The notes: a model not told the origin generated them from the sequence alone. Positions 36,374-46,426 are shown, counted from the stretch's first letter. The stretch: DNA of 64,000 bases from Acidimicrobiia bacterium (GCA_040880725.1 JBBDHV010000005.1:56340-120339), one strand, 5' to 3'. Program-made: numbers and translations.

Positions 36374-37423
36374 ATGTCCCCCTCCGTCACTCCCGTCCTG
36401 ATGTCCGGCGGTCGTGGTACCCGGCTCTGGCCGCTGTCGCGTACGGACCATCCCAAACAGCTGCAACCCCTCCTCGGTACCGGAACGATGCTGCAGGCGA
36501 CGGCGATGCGGTTGGAGGGCGTTCCCGGTGTGACGTCACCCATCGTCGTGTGTGGGTCCGCACAGCTTCAGGTGGTGCGGGCTCAACTGGCGGAGGTCGG
36601 GTGCGAACCGATGCTGACCGTGGCCGAGCCGGTCGGCCGCAACACCGCTCCCGCCATCGCGGCTGCCGCCCTCGTCGCCCCGTCCGACTCGATCCTCGTC
36701 GTGTTGCCCGCGGACCACGTCGTGGCCGACCTGGGCTCGTTCCGGGAGGCGGTGGCGGTGGCGGTCGAAGCCGCAACCGATGGAGACATCGTCACCTTCG
36801 GGGTGGTCCCCACCCGGGCGGAAACGGGGTATGGGTACATCGAGGCAAGTGGTGAGGGCCCGGTTCGACGGATCACCGAGTTCTTGGAGAAGCCGGACGC
36901 CGACACCGCCGCTCGCTTCGTCGATGGGGGCCGGCACTTCTGGAACTCCGGCATGTTCGTGTTCCGAACCGAGGCGGTGCTCGCAGAGCTCCGCCGGCAT
37001 GCGGGGGGAATCGTCGAGGCGGTCGAGCGGTCGCTCCCGTCCACCGATGCCGACGTCATCCATCCCGGTCCCGAGTTCGCTCGTGTGCTTTCGGTGCCGT
37101 TCGACGTGGCGGTGATGGAGAAGACCGAGCACGGGCTCATGGTCCCGCTGGACGCGGGTTGGGACGATGTGGGGTCGTGGCGTGCACTCTGGGAAGTGCG
37201 CGAGCGTGACCGGAGCGAGAACGTCGCCGTGGGCGACGTCGTGCTCCGCGAGGTCCAGCGGTCGTACGTCCGGGCGGACGATCGACCCGTTGTGGTGATG
37301 GGCCTTTCCGACGTGGCCGTCGTCGATGCCGGTGACGTCGTGTTCGTCGCCTCGATGAAGCACGCCCAGGACGTCCGTGACCTCGTCGACTACCTCGATC
37401 GCGAACGCCCGGAACTCACCTGA
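36374..37423 (+). CDS. manC: mannose-1-phosphate guanylyltransferase (GDP-mannose pyrophosphorylase)
   Basis: Has 'PVLMSGGRGTRLWPLSR...KQL' and 'EPVGRNTAPAI', plus 'GYGYIE' and 'FLEKPD'. 349 aa, so it lacks a C-terminal isomerase domain. Confidence 0.85.
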   Translation: MSPSVTPVLMSGGRGTRLWPLSRTDHPKQLQPLLGTGTMLQATAMRLEGVPGVTSPIVVCGSAQLQVVRAQLAEVGCEPMLTVAEPVGRNTAPAIAAAALVAPSDSILVVLPADHVVADLGSFREAVAVAVEAATDGDIVTFGVVPTRAETGYGYIEASGEGPVRRITEFLEKPDADTAARFVDGGRHFWNSGMFVFRTEAVLAELRRHAGGIVEAVERSLPSTDADVIHPGPEFARVLSVPFDVAVMEKTEHGLMVPLDAGWDDVGSWRALWEVRERDRSENVAVGDVVLREVQRSYVRADDRPVVVMGLSDVAVVDAGDVVFVASMKHAQDVRDLVDYLDRERPELT

Positions 37424-37492
37424 GCGATGAGGCGGGCTCTGCTTCGGGGTGGGAGAACGGGGAGCGCCGGGGCCGCTCCTACCATCAATCGC

Positions 37493-37801
37493 ATGTGGCG
37501 TCGCCTGCTCGTCTTGGGACTCGTCGTCGTGTTGGCGGCATGCTCGGGCGCTCCAGCCGAGGATGCGACCGGCGAGGAGATCTTCTCCCAATCCTGTGCG
37601 AGCTGTCACTCCCGAGACCTCTCCGGAGGAATTGGGCCGGCGCTGGGCCCGGGGTCCGGCGCGGCGGAGCTCGGAGACGATGTGATGACCCAGATCATCA
37701 GTCAGGGCCGGGGGAGCCGTATGCCGGCGTTCTCGCGAACGTTGTCCGAGGACCAGATCCGGCGCGTTGTCGAATTCCTGCGACAGCGGCAGTCGGGATG
37801 A
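37493..37801 (+). CDS. small monohaem c-type cytochrome, lipoprotein
   Basis: ATG 37493 (MWRRLLVLGLVVVLAAC, a lipobox). Haem motif 'CASCH' with a distal 'RMP' Met. Its stop overlaps the menC ATG (ATGA). Confidence 0.75.
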   Translation: MWRRLLVLGLVVVLAACSGAPAEDATGEEIFSQSCASCHSRDLSGGIGPALGPGSGAAELGDDVMTQIISQGRGSRMPAFSRTLSEDQIRRVVEFLRQRQSG

Positions 37802-38751
37802 ATCTCGCCGATGTCGCGCTGCACCCGGTCCGCATTCCCATGCGGGTCCGCTTCCGACGGGTGACATGGCGCGAGGCGGTGCTTCTCGAGGGAGCTGCCG
37901 GCTGGGGCGAGTTCAGTCCGTTTCCCGAGTACCCCCCGACGACCACCGCACGCTGGCTGGCGGCCGGGCTGGAGGCGGCGGTGCGCGAGTGGCCCGATCC
38001 GGTGCGTACCCGGATTCCCGTCAACGTGACGATTCCTGCAGTCGATCCCGAGGTTGCCTATCACACGGTGATCGAGTCGGGTTGTCGCACCGCCAAGGTG
38101 AAGGTCGCCGAACCCGGCGAAGATCAGGGACTCGACGACGCGCGGGTCGCCGCCGTTCGCGATGCTCTCGGCCCGGATGGCCGGGTTCGTATCGACGTGA
38201 ACGGTCAGTGGACCGTCGACGAGGCGGTTGCCCGGATCGAGGCGCTCTCGGTCCACGGCCTCGAGTACGTCGAACAGCCCGTCGCGACGATCGACGAGCT
38301 GATTGAGCTTCGTCGGCGCATCGACGTGCCGATCGCGGCGGACGAGGCAGTGCGCACCGTCGATGACCCGATGGAGGTCGTCGAGCGCGGGGGAGCGGAC
38401 CTGTTGGCGCTCAAGGTCCAGCCACTGGGAGGGGTGCATCGCACCCTCGATCTCGCCCGTCGCTCGGGGCTGCCGGTGGTGATCTCCTCTGCCCTGGAGA
38501 CATCCGTGGGATTGGCCGCCGGTCTGGCGGCAGCGGCCGCCCTCCCCGAGCTCCCGTATGCCTGCGGTCTCGCAACGGGGGCACTTCTCGAGGGAGACGT
38601 GACAAGCGATCCACTTCGTCCGGTGGACGGTGAAATCACGTTGCGGCGCCCCGTTCCCGAGCCAGACCTCTTGGACCGATGGCGAGCGGATCGGGAGACC
38701 GAGCGTCGCCTTCTGCGGCGGCTCCGGGATGCCGCGGAATTGCTCACGTGA
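37798..38751 (+). CDS. menC: o-succinylbenzoate synthase (enolase superfamily)
   Basis: ATG 37798. Has 'AKVKV', 'RIDVNGQW', 'YVEQP' and 'ADE' metal ligands. Sits in the men context. Confidence 0.85.
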   Translation: MNLADVALHPVRIPMRVRFRRVTWREAVLLEGAAGWGEFSPFPEYPPTTTARWLAAGLEAAVREWPDPVRTRIPVNVTIPAVDPEVAYHTVIESGCRTAKVKVAEPGEDQGLDDARVAAVRDALGPDGRVRIDVNGQWTVDEAVARIEALSVHGLEYVEQPVATIDELIELRRRIDVPIAADEAVRTVDDPMEVVERGGADLLALKVQPLGGVHRTLDLARRSGLPVVISSALETSVGLAAGLAAAAALPELPYACGLATGALLEGDVTSDPLRPVDGEITLRRPVPEPDLLDRWRADRETERRLLRRLRDAAELLT

Positions 38752-40421
38752 CCCATCCGAACGCATCCACCGCCTTCGCCGAGGTCGTCGTCGACGAGTT
38801 GGTGAGAGGCGGGGTGCGCGACTTCGTGGTCGCTCCGGGATCGCGGTCTGCCGCGCTGGCGATCGCCGCCGCCCGTCACGAGGACGTCGCTCTCACAGTC
38901 CTCATCGACGAGCGGTCCGCCGCCTTCTTCGCCCTTGGAATCGGGAAGGAAACCGGTCGTCCCGCCGCGGTCCTGACGACGTCCGGATCTGCCGTCGCTC
39001 ACCTGTACCCCGCGGTCGTCGAGGCCGACACGGGTCGAGTGCCACTGCTGTTGCTGACCGCCGACCGACCGCCGGAACTCCACGGGGTGGGCGCGAATCA
39101 GACAATCGAACAATCGGGGCTGTTCGGGACTTCGGTGCGGGACACGATCCTGCTCGGTCCGGGTGAGCACGATCCGTCCGCCCACGCATCCTGGCGAGCG
39201 GGGGTGTGTCGTGGGATCGATGCCGCAGTGGACGGACCGGTCCATCTCAACCTGGCGTTTCGCGAGCCCCTCGTACCGGAGTCCGACGACGGACGTACCC
39301 GCGATCGGCCCTTCGAGTTCGATACGAGCGGCAGGCCAGACGGTGCCCGCTGGCTCGAAGTCCCACCGCAGGTGACTGAGACGGCGGTGCTGGGCGATCG
39401 TTGGACGGAGCCTGAGAGGGGAGTCGTCGTGGCGGGCGACGCCCCGCACATCCCGCTCGAGGCGATCAACCGTCTCGCCGCGGCGCTCGGCTGGCCGTTG
39501 ATCATCGAGCCGACCGCTGGTAGCCGACCCGCCCAGGCCATCAGCACGGCACACCACCTGCTGTCGGATCCGGAGCTCGCCGAGTGGCTCCGCCCCGACG
39601 TCGCGCTCGTGATCGGAAGAGTCAACCTCTCGCGACCGGTCACGGCCTGGCTGGCCGGTGTCCGGCGCCTCGTAGTGGACTCACGAATCACCCGTCCGCC
39701 CGACGCCAATGCCGAACTGGCGTCGGGGTGGCCCGTGATCGAACGCCTCGGCCCGCGAGACGGCGCGTGGCGGCGGCGCTGGCTGGAGTCCGAGACCGTT
39801 GCCCGAGGGGCGCTCGATGCATGGCTCGATGGCGCGGGCTTGGTCGAGCCACGCATCGCCCGCGATGTGGCGGCGGCGGTACCTCCGGGCGGCGTGTTGC
39901 TCGCAGGATCCAGCATGCCGATCCGGGACCTCGATCTGGCGATGCGGCCGGGAAGCGTCAAAGTGCTTTCGAATCGGGGCGCGAGCGGGATCGACGGGGT
40001 CGTGTCGACCGCGTTCGGAGTGGCCTCGGTGCTGGACGGTCCGGTCGTCGTGCTGACCGGCGACCTCGCCTTGCTCCACGACTCGAACGGCTTCCTCGTC
40101 GAACCGCGGCCCGACGTGGTCTTCGTCGTGGTCAACAACGACGGGGGCGGCATCTTTTCGTTTCTTCCTCAGGTGCGGCAGACGGACGTCTTCGAGCAGG
40201 TGTTCGGCACACCACACGGTCGGTCGTTCGAGATGCTGGCGGCCTTCCACGGCGTGCACCATCGCCGACTGGTCGAGATCGGACCACAGATCGAGGCAGC
40301 GCTTGGGACGGGTGGCACCTGGATCCTGGAAGCGGTGACCGACCGCAGCTCGAACCCCGAAGTCCACAGGGAACTCACTCGCGCCGTCGTGACGACGGTG
40401 AAGGGTTCAGTCGAACGCTGA
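38748..40421 (+). CDS. menD: 2-succinyl-5-enolpyruvyl-6-hydroxy-3-cyclohexene-1-carboxylate (SEPHCHC) synthase
   Basis: GTG 38748 (GTGA overlap with menC). Has 'APGSRS', 'DERSAAFFALG', 'TSGSAVAHLYPAVVEA' and 'LTADRPPEL', and the ThDP motif 'GDLALLHD...NNDGGGIF'. Confidence 0.9.
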   Translation: MTHPNASTAFAEVVVDELVRGGVRDFVVAPGSRSAALAIAAARHEDVALTVLIDERSAAFFALGIGKETGRPAAVLTTSGSAVAHLYPAVVEADTGRVPLLLLTADRPPELHGVGANQTIEQSGLFGTSVRDTILLGPGEHDPSAHASWRAGVCRGIDAAVDGPVHLNLAFREPLVPESDDGRTRDRPFEFDTSGRPDGARWLEVPPQVTETAVLGDRWTEPERGVVVAGDAPHIPLEAINRLAAALGWPLIIEPTAGSRPAQAISTAHHLLSDPELAEWLRPDVALVIGRVNLSRPVTAWLAGVRRLVVDSRITRPPDANAELASGWPVIERLGPRDGAWRRRWLESETVARGALDAWLDGAGLVEPRIARDVAAAVPPGGVLLAGSSMPIRDLDLAMRPGSVKVLSNRGASGIDGVVSTAFGVASVLDGPVVVLTGDLALLHDSNGFLVEPRPDVVFVVVNNDGGGIFSFLPQVRQTDVFEQVFGTPHGRSFEMLAAFHGVHHRRLVEIGPQIEAALGTGGTWILEAVTDRSSNPEVHRELTRAVVTTVKGSVER

Positions 40422-41600
40422 CTGCATGGCTCCCAGCTTGATGCGCGTCTCCTCCAGCTCGGCTTCGGGGAGGGAGCCCTGCACGATTCCGGCGCCTGCG
40501 AACAGGCGGGCGCGGGCGCCGGAAAGCTCCGCGCACCGCAGAGCGATGGCGAACTCACCATCACCCTCGCGGTCCACCCACCCCACCGGGCCCGCGTACC
40601 GGCCCCGATCCATGTGCTCGAGCTGCCGGATCATCTCGATCGCCTTCGGCGTCGGAGTCCCCCCGACAGCGGCCGTCGGATGGAGCCGACCCGCGACCTC
40701 CATCGCCGACATCGGATGCGCCAGTCGCCCTTCGAAGCGGGTGGCGAGGTGCTGGACGTTGGCGAGTCGGAGTAGCGAGGGCTCCGCCTCCCGTTCCAGC
40801 CGCTCGCAGATCTCGCCCAGCACCCGACCGACGGAAGCGGCGGCGCTGGCGTGCTCACGAAGGTCCTTGTCCGACGACAGGAGCTGTTTTCCGAGCTGTT
40901 CGTCCTCGGCGGGGTCGTCGGCGCGTGCCGCCGACCCGGCGAGCGTATGGGACGCGACATCTCTTCCGGCTCGTCGTACGAGAAGCTCGGGCGAGGCTCC
41001 GACGAGTCCGTCGACGAGGAAGACATGACAGTCGGGAAACCGTGCCTCGAGGCGGCTCAGCAGACGAATGGGATCGAACGGCGTCTTCGACCACAGGGCG
41101 TAGTCCCGGGCGAGCACTACCTTCTCGGCCCGCCCCGCGTCGATCATGTCGATCGCTTTCGCCACCGACTCGAGCCACTGCACGTCGGGAATCGAGGCTC
41201 CCGCGTACCGCGGGCGGTCCGTCGCTTCTGTCGTCTCGGACGGGGGGATCACCGACTCGAAGGTGGCGTCGTCGACGGTGACGAGGAACCAGCGGTCGTT
41301 CCGGCGGACGATCGTGACTGCCGCCACGATGAGCACCGAACCGGCGGAGCGCTCGTCGAAGGTGAACGAGGAGAACGCCACCGGGCCTGCCGGGTCGTCG
41401 GAGGCGATCTCCGCGGCCGCAACCCACTCGACAAAGCCGCGCTCGGCCCTGACGAACCGGTCGGGTCCGAAGCCGGCTGCCAGTCGCAATGCCTCACCCC
41501 AGCCGAAGACTGATGTCTTCGGCGACATCCACACCAGCTCCGGCCGATGGGCCAGAGGGTCGGACGGCGCATCGATCTCCACCGTGCGGATCGTCGTCAT
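40407..41600 (-). CDS. menF: isochorismate synthase
   Basis: 397 aa. Chorismate-binding C-domain with 'HPTAAVGGTP', 'GRYAGPVGW' and 'IALRCA'. Its 3' end overlaps the menD 3' end by 15 nt. Confidence 0.85.
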   Translation of the reverse strand: MTTIRTVEIDAPSDPLAHRPELVWMSPKTSVFGWGEALRLAAGFGPDRFVRAERGFVEWVAAAEIASDDPAGPVAFSSFTFDERSAGSVLIVAAVTIVRRNDRWFLVTVDDATFESVIPPSETTEATDRPRYAGASIPDVQWLESVAKAIDMIDAGRAEKVVLARDYALWSKTPFDPIRLLSRLEARFPDCHVFLVDGLVGASPELLVRRAGRDVASHTLAGSAARADDPAEDEQLGKQLLSSDKDLREHASAAASVGRVLGEICERLEREAEPSLLRLANVQHLATRFEGRLAHPMSAMEVAGRLHPTAAVGGTPTPKAIEMIRQLEHMDRGRYAGPVGWVDREGDGEFAIALRCAELSGARARLFAGAGIVQGSLPEAELEETRIKLGAMQSAFD

Positions 41601-42100
41601 CGCGACTCGGTCATCCGGGTCCGGGCCTGGGCGAGAAGCAGACCGCGGAAATGGTGGCCGACGAGCCGACTGGTGGCCGGCAGCATCGTCCGGAACGCCT
41701 CCACCAGTCGCGCGGCGGCATCGACGTCGGATTCGGCGGTCGCTTCGACAGAGTCGCGTACGTACGTGGCGAACACATCGACGGCCTTGGCTGCAATCGG
41801 ACGCATCGCTTCGTCCATCTCTCTCGCCAGGTTCATCAGTTCCGCGAGCGGGAGTCCCGCCTCGACCAGCTGCAGGCCGGCGGCGACTGCTTCGGCCTCG
41901 GCGGCGTCGAAGCGATCGGGATCGGTCGCCTTGGGCATGAGGAGACCACCTCGCACGAGGGCTTCGAGGAGGGGGAGCGAGACGTCTGCTGCGGCGGCCA
42001 ACTCTTCGAGGGATGCGAGCGAGTTGGTGCCGTCCAATGCGTCGAAGAGGGCCTGATCCCAGGGATCGAGTTCTCGGGGTGCGTTCGGTTCAGGTGCCAC
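41597..42100 (-). CDS. hypothetical all-helical protein (167 aa) between murI and menF
   Basis: GTG 42100. Its start overlaps murI's 3' end by 11 nt, and the menF ATG overlaps its stop (ATGA at 41597-41600). Ala/Leu/Glu-rich helices. No family recognised with confidence. Confidence 0.55.
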   Translation of the reverse strand: MAPEPNAPRELDPWDQALFDALDGTNSLASLEELAAAADVSLPLLEALVRGGLLMPKATDPDRFDAAEAEAVAAGLQLVEAGLPLAELMNLAREMDEAMRPIAAKAVDVFATYVRDSVEATAESDVDAAARLVEAFRTMLPATSRLVGHHFRGLLLAQARTRMTESR

Positions 42101-42863
42101 TGGCGGAGAAGGTTACGGACTCCACGGCCACGTCCAACCCGGTGAGCCGGCGAATCCGTTCCGAAACCCCGCGCTCGGAACCCGTCACCTGGATGTGCAG
42201 GCCGCGTCGCGTATCGGCGACTGCGGTGCGGATCACCTGGCGGGCGACCGCCCTGCCGGGATCGACGATGGCGACGTTCGGCCCGGCGACGGCCTCGATG
42301 TGATCCCGGAGGAACGGGTAATGCGTACATCCCAGGACGAGCACGTCGGCACCTTCGCCGAGAAGCGGCCGCAGATCCCGTTCGATCACGGCCCTGATGG
42401 TCCCGTCATCGGGAGGGTCTTCGACGAGTTCCATCCATCCGGGACAGGGCGCGTCGATCACCCTGGTGTCGGCGGCGAAGCGGTCGACAACCGACGCGTA
42501 GAGCGCGCCTTGGAACGTCGCAGGTGTTGCGAGAACGCCGATCGTTCCTGTTCTCGTCAGGGCGACCGCCGGTTTCACGGCGGGCTCCATTCCGACGAAC
42601 ACACTTCGGGGATGTCTGGCACGTACATGGGCCAACGCCGCCGCGGACGCCGTGTTGCACGCGATGGCGACCGTATCCGCTCCCGAATCGAGCAGGTGAG
42701 CGGTGACCGTCTCGGAGCGGGCGGCCACGTCGTCGAGCGTGCGTTCGCCGTAGGGGGCCCAGGCGCGATCGCCGAGGTAGAGGAGGTGCGCGGACGGATC
42801 GAGGCGAAGCACCTCGCGAACCACCGAGAGGCCTCCGAGGCCCGAGTCGAAGACTCCGATCAC
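42090..42863 (-). CDS. murI: glutamate racemase
   Basis: GTG 42863 (VIGVFDSGLGGLSV). Has 'IACNTAS' and 'VLGCTHYP', which carry the two catalytic Cys. The alternative ATG 42926 would overlap the divergent SDR gene. Confidence 0.9.
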   Translation of the reverse strand: MIGVFDSGLGGLSVVREVLRLDPSAHLLYLGDRAWAPYGERTLDDVAARSETVTAHLLDSGADTVAIACNTASAAALAHVRARHPRSVFVGMEPAVKPAVALTRTGTIGVLATPATFQGALYASVVDRFAADTRVIDAPCPGWMELVEDPPDDGTIRAVIERDLRPLLGEGADVLVLGCTHYPFLRDHIEAVAGPNVAIVDPGRAVARQVIRTAVADTRRGLHIQVTGSERGVSERIRRLTGLDVAVESVTFSASGT

Positions 42864-42907
42864 GGCCCAGGACGGTAGCGTCGTCTCGCTCGTGAACGGG
42901 AGGACCG

Positions 42908-43672
42908 ATGAGACTCGAGAACACATCCGCCATCGTGACCGGTGCTGCGTCGGGGTTGGGAGCGGCCACTGCCCGTCGTCTCGCCGCTGCGGGCGCCCGG
43001 GTCGTGGTCGCGGACCTGAACGAAGACGCGGGCGAGGCGATGGCATCGGAGATCGATGGGGCGTTCGTCGCCACCGACGTCACGAAGGAGGGCGACGTCT
43101 CCGCCGCGGTCACCGTCGCGTCCGAGATGGCCGAGCTTCGGGCACTCGTGAACTGTGCCGGGATCGGATCGGTCGGACGGACGATCAATCGCGACGGAAC
43201 TCCCCACGACCTGGGGTACTTCGCCGGCGTGCTGGCAGTGAATCTCACCGGGACGTTCAACTGCATCCGACTCGCGGCCGCCGCCATGGCCGCACTCGAG
43301 CCCGTCGATGAGCAGGGGAGTCGGGGTGCCATCGTCAACACCGCGTCGGTGGCCGCGTTCGACGGCCAGATCGGCCAGGCCGCCTATTCGGCGTCCAAGG
43401 GCGGCGTGGCAGGAATGACGCTTCCGATCGCCCGCGACCTGTCGTCGGTGGGTGTCCGCGTGAACACCATTGCCCCCGGGATCATCGACACGGCGATGCT
43501 GGCTGCGCTTCCGGACGACGCGAAGGCGTCACTCGGTCAACAGGTTCTCTTTCCGAAGCGACTGGGCCTGCCCGAGGAGTATGCGGCACTTGCCGAGTTC
43601 CTACTCACCCACGATTACATGAACGCCGAGACGGTGCGCATGGACGGCGGGATCCGCATGGCGCCCAAGTGA
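42908..43672 (+). CDS. short-chain dehydrogenase, 3-hydroxyacyl-CoA dehydrogenase type-2-like
   Basis: Has 'IVTGAASGLGAA', 'NCAGI' and 'YSASKGGVAGMTLPIARDL', with the tail 'NAETVRMDGGIRM'. Confidence 0.85.
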   Translation: MRLENTSAIVTGAASGLGAATARRLAAAGARVVVADLNEDAGEAMASEIDGAFVATDVTKEGDVSAAVTVASEMAELRALVNCAGIGSVGRTINRDGTPHDLGYFAGVLAVNLTGTFNCIRLAAAAMAALEPVDEQGSRGAIVNTASVAAFDGQIGQAAYSASKGGVAGMTLPIARDLSSVGVRVNTIAPGIIDTAMLAALPDDAKASLGQQVLFPKRLGLPEEYAALAEFLLTHDYMNAETVRMDGGIRMAPK

Positions 43673-43675
43673 TCG

Positions 43676-44098
43676 TCAGGCGGTTGCTTCACGGAGCTGA
43701 CGTTTGATGCGCCCCAGGATCGCCCGCATGCCGTTCAGCCGCTGGGGAGTGACCACCTCTTCGAGACCCATCGCGTAGAAGAAGTCATCCGGCACCGACA
43801 GGATCGCGTCAGCCGATTCGCCTTCCAGTCCGTCGCGAAGAAGGCCGGCGAAGCCTCGGACGGTCGGTGACTCCGGCGGCGCCTCGAAGTGCAGGTGCAC
43901 CGCCCCGTCTCCGTCGACCTCGGTGACCAGGAAAAACGGTGTCTGGCACTCATGGACCTGCTCGAGACTGTCGTGCTGGATGTGGTCGGGAAGCGGGGGG
44001 ATCCGCCGCGAATAGTCCAGCAGCGCCTCGATCTTGATGTCCTTGGGCGAGGAGGCCATCAGCCGAACGATCTGGTCGAGCTTGGGAGGAAGAGCCAT
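43676..44098 (-). CDS. sufE: SufE-like cysteine desulfuration (sulfur acceptor) protein
   Basis: ATG 44098 (MALPPKLDQIV). Has 'VHECQTPFFL' (the active Cys in the C-Q-S/T context) and 'RLNGMRAIL'. Confidence 0.8.
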   Translation of the reverse strand: MALPPKLDQIVRLMASSPKDIKIEALLDYSRRIPPLPDHIQHDSLEQVHECQTPFFLVTEVDGDGAVHLHFEAPPESPTVRGFAGLLRDGLEGESADAILSVPDDFFYAMGLEEVVTPQRLNGMRAILGRIKRQLREATA

Positions 44099-44221
44099 GA
44101 CCCGAACCGTAGGCGCGCGGTTCCGGTAGCCGAAACATGTCCCGGGTGATCGCGGCGGGGAACATTCGGATCCCTGTCCCCGGCGTCTCCTATGCTCGGG
44201 GTACGACCACGAGGAGAGCTC

Positions 44222-45097
44222 ATGCCCGTTCCCACCGACTCGTCGCCCGACTTCCAAGCGTTCGCACACCCGGAGAAGCTCGTCTCGACCGACTGGGTCG
44301 CGGAACATCTCGATGATCCGAATGTCGTTGTGGTGGAATCCGACGAAGACGTGCTGCTCTACGAGACGGGCCACATCCCCGGCGCCATCAAGATCGACTG
44401 GCACGCCGATCTGAACGACGCCACCGTCCGGGACTATCTCGACGGCGAGGCGTTCGCCGAGCTCATGGCACGCCACGGTGTGTCCCGGGACACCACCGTC
44501 GTGTTCTACGGCGACAACTTCAACTGGTGGGCGGCGTACGCCCTCTGGGTGTTCAGCCTCTTCGGGCATCCGGACACGCGACTGATGGACGGGGGGCGGC
44601 AGAAGTGGGTCGCCGAAGGACGTCCGATGACGACGGACAAGCCGGACCGCACTCGCCGCGACTACCCCGTTGTCGAACGCAACGACGGCCCGATCCGAGC
44701 CTTCATCCAGGATGCCGTGTCGCAGTCGGAGTCGAAGCGTCCGCTCATCGACGTTCGTTCACCCGAGGAGTTCCGGGGCGAACGCATGCACATGCCCGAC
44801 TACCCGAACGAAGGTGCGCTTCGCGGAGGGCACATCCCCGGAGCCGCCAGCGTGCCCTGGAAACGTGCGGCCAATGACGACGGCACGTTCAAATCGGTGG
44901 ATGAATTGAAGGCCATCTACGAGTCCGAGGTCGGCCTGAGCGCCGACGACGACGTCGTGGTGTATTGCCGGATCGGCGAGCGGTCGAGTCATACGTGGTT
45001 CGTGCTCACCCATCTGCTCGGGTATGACCAGGTCCGCAACTATGACGGGTCGTGGACCGAGTACGGGAACGCCGTCCGGGTTCCCATCGAGAAGTGA
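44222..45097 (+). CDS. two-domain rhodanese: thiosulfate/3-mercaptopyruvate sulfurtransferase
   Basis: ATG 44222 after AGGAGA. Has '[11 protein letters not shown]' and '[10 protein letters not shown]', and the active-site loop 'CRIGERSS'. Confidence 0.9.
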   Translation: MPVPTDSSPDFQAFAHPEKLVSTDWVAEHLDDPNVVVVESDEDVLLYETGHIPGAIKIDWHADLNDATVRDYLDGEAFAELMARHGVSRDTTVVFYGDNFNWWAAYALWVFSLFGHPDTRLMDGGRQKWVAEGRPMTTDKPDRTRRDYPVVERNDGPIRAFIQDAVSQSESKRPLIDVRSPEEFRGERMHMPDYPNEGALRGGHIPGAASVPWKRAANDDGTFKSVDELKAIYESEVGLSADDDVVVYCRIGERSSHTWFVLTHLLGYDQVRNYDGSWTEYGNAVRVPIEK

Positions 45098-45098
45098 G

Positions 45099-45863
45099 TC
45101 AGGGTCGCCGGGCGACGATGAACAGGCGGCGGAAGGCGAGCATGGTGACGCCGTCGGCGTCGCGCGGATACGCCGACCGGTAGCGGCGGTCGCATTCCTC
45201 GACGAACGCCGCCCCGCGCTGGTCGTCGAGGGTGTCGAGAACCGGTCGCAGGACGGTTCCTTTCACCCACTCGAGCACGGGACTCGTGCCGCGCAGGACC
45301 TGGTGGTAGGTCGTCGACCACATGTCGATCTCCAGGCCGGCGCCGAGCCAACGGCGGTACTCGGAGGGTGACGCCACCCGGTCGGTGATCAGCGCGGCCC
45401 GGGCGGCATCGCTGAAGTCGCCTTCGGCCAGCACTGCGGCAGGAATGCGATGACTCGGCGCCGCCCAGTTGTCTGGCATCTGCACCGCCAGCACGCCTCG
45501 AGGCGCCAGTGAACCGGCCAACCGGCGGAAGAGCGCCTCGTGGTCGTCGAGCCAGTGCAGGGCGGCGTTCGAGAAGATGAGGTCACATGGTTCATCCGCC
45601 CGCCAAGCACCGATGTCGCCGAGCTGCCACAGGACGTTCTCAATACCGTTCGGAACACGCTCCAGCATTTCCCGGGATGCGTCGAGACCGACGATGTGTG
45701 CGTTCGGCCAACGACGTGCGAGGACTGCGGTCAGCGTGCCGGTCCCGCATCCGAGATCGACGACGCGGCGCGGTTCGGTGGCGGGGATGCGGGCGATCAG
45801 GTCGAGGCCCGGCCGGAGTCGATGATCGTCGAACCGGTCATACTGATCGGGGTCCCAGGTCAT
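45099..45863 (-). CDS. tam: trans-aconitate 2-methyltransferase-like SAM-dependent methyltransferase
   Basis: ATG 45863 (MTWDPDQYDRFDDHRLRPGLDL). Has the SAM motif 'VVDLGCGTG' and 'SNAALHWL'. Confidence 0.8.
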   Translation of the reverse strand: MTWDPDQYDRFDDHRLRPGLDLIARIPATEPRRVVDLGCGTGTLTAVLARRWPNAHIVGLDASREMLERVPNGIENVLWQLGDIGAWRADEPCDLIFSNAALHWLDDHEALFRRLAGSLAPRGVLAVQMPDNWAAPSHRIPAAVLAEGDFSDAARAALITDRVASPSEYRRWLGAGLEIDMWSTTYHQVLRGTSPVLEWVKGTVLRPVLDTLDDQRGAAFVEECDRRYRSAYPRDADGVTMLAFRRLFIVARRP

Positions 45864-46426
45864 CGCGTGGCAGCCTTGAGCGCGTCGACTTCCGCCGCTG
45901 GGAGATGCGTCCACGACGTCGGCGACAGCCCGGCGAGGGTGATCGGACCCACCGACCACCGAACCAGCCGCAGGGTCGGATGCCCGACGGCCGCCGTCAT
46001 CCGTCGAACCTGCCGGTTTCTTCCCTCGGTGAGGGTGAGTTCGATCCACGTGTCGGGGATGACAGCCCGATACCTGATCGGGGGATCGCGCGGGGGCATC
46101 CACTCGGGGGCGTCGATGATCCGGGCGTGCGCCGGCGATGTGCGCTTGCCCTGCACGACCACTCCGCGCTCCAGTTCGGCTCGCGCGGCTTCGGTCACCG
46201 TTCCCTCCACCTGCGCCAGATACGTCCGTGGATGGCGACCGGAGGTCAGGCTGCCGCGTAGCGCAGGGTCAGAACTCAGGATGAGTAGTCCTTCCGAGTC
46301 ACGATCGAGTCTCCCTGCCGGGTACACGTCCGGAAGGTCGATCCAGTCGGCCAGCGTCGCTCTGCCCTCGTGGTCGGTGAATTTGGTGAGAGTTCCGTAC
46401 GGCTTCCAAAAGGCGATTGTGGTCAT
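45860..46426 (-). CDS. pseudouridine synthase (RsuA/RluE family, no S4 domain)
   Basis: ATG 46426 (MTTIAFWKPYG). Has the catalytic 'AGRLDRDSEGLLIL' and 'GRNRQVRRM'. ATGA overlaps at both ends. Confidence 0.85.
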   Translation of the reverse strand: MTTIAFWKPYGTLTKFTDHEGRATLADWIDLPDVYPAGRLDRDSEGLLILSSDPALRGSLTSGRHPRTYLAQVEGTVTEAARAELERGVVVQGKRTSPAHARIIDAPEWMPPRDPPIRYRAVIPDTWIELTLTEGRNRQVRRMTAAVGHPTLRLVRWSVGPITLAGLSPTSWTHLPAAEVDALKAATR

